NCBI GenBank assembly: GCA_016186645.1 | Contig: JACPLF010000003.1 | Span: forward strand, 4,112-68,111 | Origin: Candidatus Levyibacteriota bacterium | GTDB taxonomy: Bacteria > Patescibacteriota > Microgenomatia > Levybacterales > UBA12049 | Direction: 5' to 3' | DNA: 64,000 bases | In this document: positions 62,223 to 64,000 of the stretch, one piece after another | Position numbering within the stretch: position 1 is the first letter of the stretch | Layout: each line of letters opens with the position of its first letter | Notes under the pieces: model-generated | What the model was told of the DNA's origin: nothing | Databases searched by the model: none | The model's input: only the letters and a program-made list of their open reading frames with translations | Made by a program: the position numbers and the translations under genes

Positions 62223-63341
62223 CTAAAGTTCGATAAGATTCTTTGGGGAATGGGTGAGAAGACGAGGGCCTTTCTTTTCTAAGACTACCAAATCCTCAAT
62301 CCTAACACCGCCAAGGTTTGGAATGTAAATTCCCGGTTCAATTGAAAAAACCATCCCAACTTTTAAAATATCTTTGGATTTTGGAGAGAGACGGGGCGCT
62401 TCATGAACATCGATCCCGATTCCATGACCGAGAGAATGGGGAATAGTTTTGTATCCTTTGGATATGATGTGTTCTCGGGCAATTTTATCAATTTTAGATG
62501 CCTTAATGCCTTTATCCAATTGCTTTATTGTTAAATTGCTAAATTGTTGAATTGCTTTTTTTTGCGATTCCAAAACTGTTTGGTACATCCTTTTTTGTTC
62601 GGCTGTTGGTTTTCCGAAGAAAATTGTGCGGGTCATGTCAGAACAATAATTATTTAATTTAACCCCGAAATCCAACAAAACAAACTGACCACTAGACGCT
62701 AGACGCTGATTGCTGGTTTGGTGGTGGGGGATGGCGGAGTTTTTTCCAAACGCAACAATGGGCTTAAAAGAAATATCGCCGCCTTGTTTTTTTATGAAAA
62801 ATTCTATTTCATTCGCTATTTCTTTTTCCGAGACTCCTAGTTTAATCTTCTTTAAGATATAATCAAAAGTTTTGTCGGAAAGCACGCACGCTTTTTCTAT
62901 TTTTGAAACTTCTTCTTTATTCTTTATTGCACGTAAGTTATTTAAACTAAAATGATTTAAATCATTAAAGCGAGAAGATAATTTTTTATGTTCCAAAAAG
63001 GTAAGATTATTTCCCTCAAAGCCCATGCGTTTGACGCGATATTTTTTGATAAGCTGTTTAAGCGCTTTTTCAAAAGATAGTTTTGAAGAAATCTCAATCG
63101 ATTTAAAATTATGTACCAATTTTTTTATGGCTTGAGAATATCTCCCGTCAGTCAAAATATATTGTTGATTTTTGGCCCGCTTCGCCGCGAGGCGAGTAAT
63201 AAATAAATATGCTTCGCGTTCTTCTTTGGAAAACCCTGAATAATTTGTCAGATATACTATATTGGAAAAAGATGAAATTAAAACTGCATCCAATTTCTTT
63301 TTTGCAAATTCCTGTTTAAGTTTTGCAAGAGGAGTACTCAT
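62223..63341 (-). CDS. pepP: Xaa-Pro aminopeptidase (M24B)
   Basis: Pita-bread HSLGHGIGIDVHE and metal ligands. Contains in-frame AAATTGTT repeats (62513-62545) and a GC-rich CGCTTCGCCGCGAGGCGAG insert (about 63176-63200). Confidence 0.85.
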   Translation of the reverse strand: MSTPLAKLKQEFAKKKLDAVLISSFSNIVYLTNYSGFSKEEREAYLFITRLAAKRAKNQQYILTDGRYSQAIKKLVHNFKSIEISSKLSFEKALKQLIKKYRVKRMGFEGNNLTFLEHKKLSSRFNDLNHFSLNNLRAIKNKEEVSKIEKACVLSDKTFDYILKKIKLGVSEKEIANEIEFFIKKQGGDISFKPIVAFGKNSAIPHHQTSNQRLASSGQFVLLDFGVKLNNYCSDMTRTIFFGKPTAEQKRMYQTVLESQKKAIQQFSNLTIKQLDKGIKASKIDKIAREHIISKGYKTIPHSLGHGIGIDVHEAPRLSPKSKDILKVGMVFSIEPGIYIPNLGGVRIEDLVVLEKKGPRLLTHSPKNLIEL

Positions 63342-63342
63342 T

Positions 63343-63984
63343 TTATTGCTTTGAACGTTCTAAAGAAGAATTTACTTTTGGACTCACTGGAATTTCAGGG
63401 AAAAATATAACACGAGTTGCTGTCATACGATTTTCATCTTCCAAGTCTTTCACTCCCGAAACAACAATATTATAGTTTTCTTTGATCTTTGAAAATCCAG
63501 AGCGAATATAGCCTTCTTCTAGAGTATAGGAAGATGTTCTTGTTATATTTTCTATGTCAACAGTCATTTGTGCACCAGTCTCAGTTGTAATGCTTAAGGA
63601 AAAATTCTCACTGTCAATTGCTGCAACTCCTCCGTGGATTATGAAAGGAGTAGTTACTACGTTGACGAACCTTGCCAAGATTCTGCGGGACTCTTTGTTG
63701 TAGAGCCCGAGTACTCCGATGATTGAGTCTTTTGTAATATCTGAAATACCAAAAGTTCCTTTAAAAGCAGGATTTGAGAATTTGGTTAGCTCGTCAACAT
63801 CTACGAATCGAGTATTGTTTTGTAAATCAGTAACAGAGATTTGGGTATTTGTAACATCGCTAACTGTGCCGATTATTCCGCGTTTTTCAACCAGTTTTAA
63901 TTGCGCAACGCGGGATGCAATATTGGTGATTAGTTGATCTCTTATTTCCTGAAGCTTATCAGCGGATGTAGGGTTTGGAGTCAC
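63343..63984 (-). CDS. hypothetical protein (213 aa)
   Basis: ORF track; near the window edge. Confidence 0.4.
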   Translation of the reverse strand: MTPNPTSADKLQEIRDQLITNIASRVAQLKLVEKRGIIGTVSDVTNTQISVTDLQNNTRFVDVDELTKFSNPAFKGTFGISDITKDSIIGVLGLYNKESRRILARFVNVVTTPFIIHGGVAAIDSENFSLSITTETGAQMTVDIENITRTSSYTLEEGYIRSGFSKIKENYNIVVSGVKDLEDENRMTATRVIFFPEIPVSPKVNSSLERSKQ

Positions 63985-64000
63985 AGCATGCGCCGAAGGC

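Overview
This is an AT-rich (about 36-38% GC by eye) and very compact 64 kb window, transcribed mostly on the + strand.

Coding content
- Housekeeping genes in minimal versions: ProRS is 419 aa with no editing insertion, RF1 is 296 aa, EF-Ts is 151 aa, 6PGDH is 295 aa. By inference this fits a reduced Patescibacteria/CPR-like genome.
- A thymidylate/folate cluster: folC, dcd, tmk, a dcd paralog, dinJ-yafQ, thyA, folA, a multi-wHTH protein, glyA.
- rpsB-tsf-X-frr-rseP.
- The oxidative pentose-phosphate genes pgl-zwf-gnd.
- proS; GIY-YIG-DHH-HIT; rpsU-ybeY-dnaX-ybaB-prs-recR; cysS; dus; a PQQ-type sugar dehydrogenase; a 1051-aa secreted RCC1-repeat/lipase protein.
- yhhQ with a DHFR-like gene; msrB; a TerC-like gene; a PEP-utilising dikinase; TauE; NYN; ychF; alkD; rpsF-ssb-rpsR; ctpA-htrA-murB; a CaCA antiporter; prfA-rpmE; hisS; pepP.
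- Four type II toxin-antitoxin loci: DinJ/YafQ, two VapBC and one Phd/PIN.
- I found no rRNA, tRNA, CRISPR array, transposase or integrase.

Structure outside the CDS annotation
1. Several families of short GC-rich palindromic repeats, some with near-identical copies inserted in-frame in different housekeeping genes (RPE-like) and some nested.
2. MITE-like intergenic elements with terminal inverted repeats.
3. A recurring HIP1-like 11-mer, AGCGATCGCAT.
4. A pervasive sigma70-type promoter (often TGCTATAAT) placed 6-8 nt before the ATG, implying leaderless mRNAs.
5. A GC-richer islet encoding a 508-aa protein with a C-terminal RelE/ParE-like fold.
6. A small insertion at the ychF 3' end that carries a diverged duplicate of the ychF terminus.

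All calls rest on reading the sequence and motif recognition. I ran no database searches.
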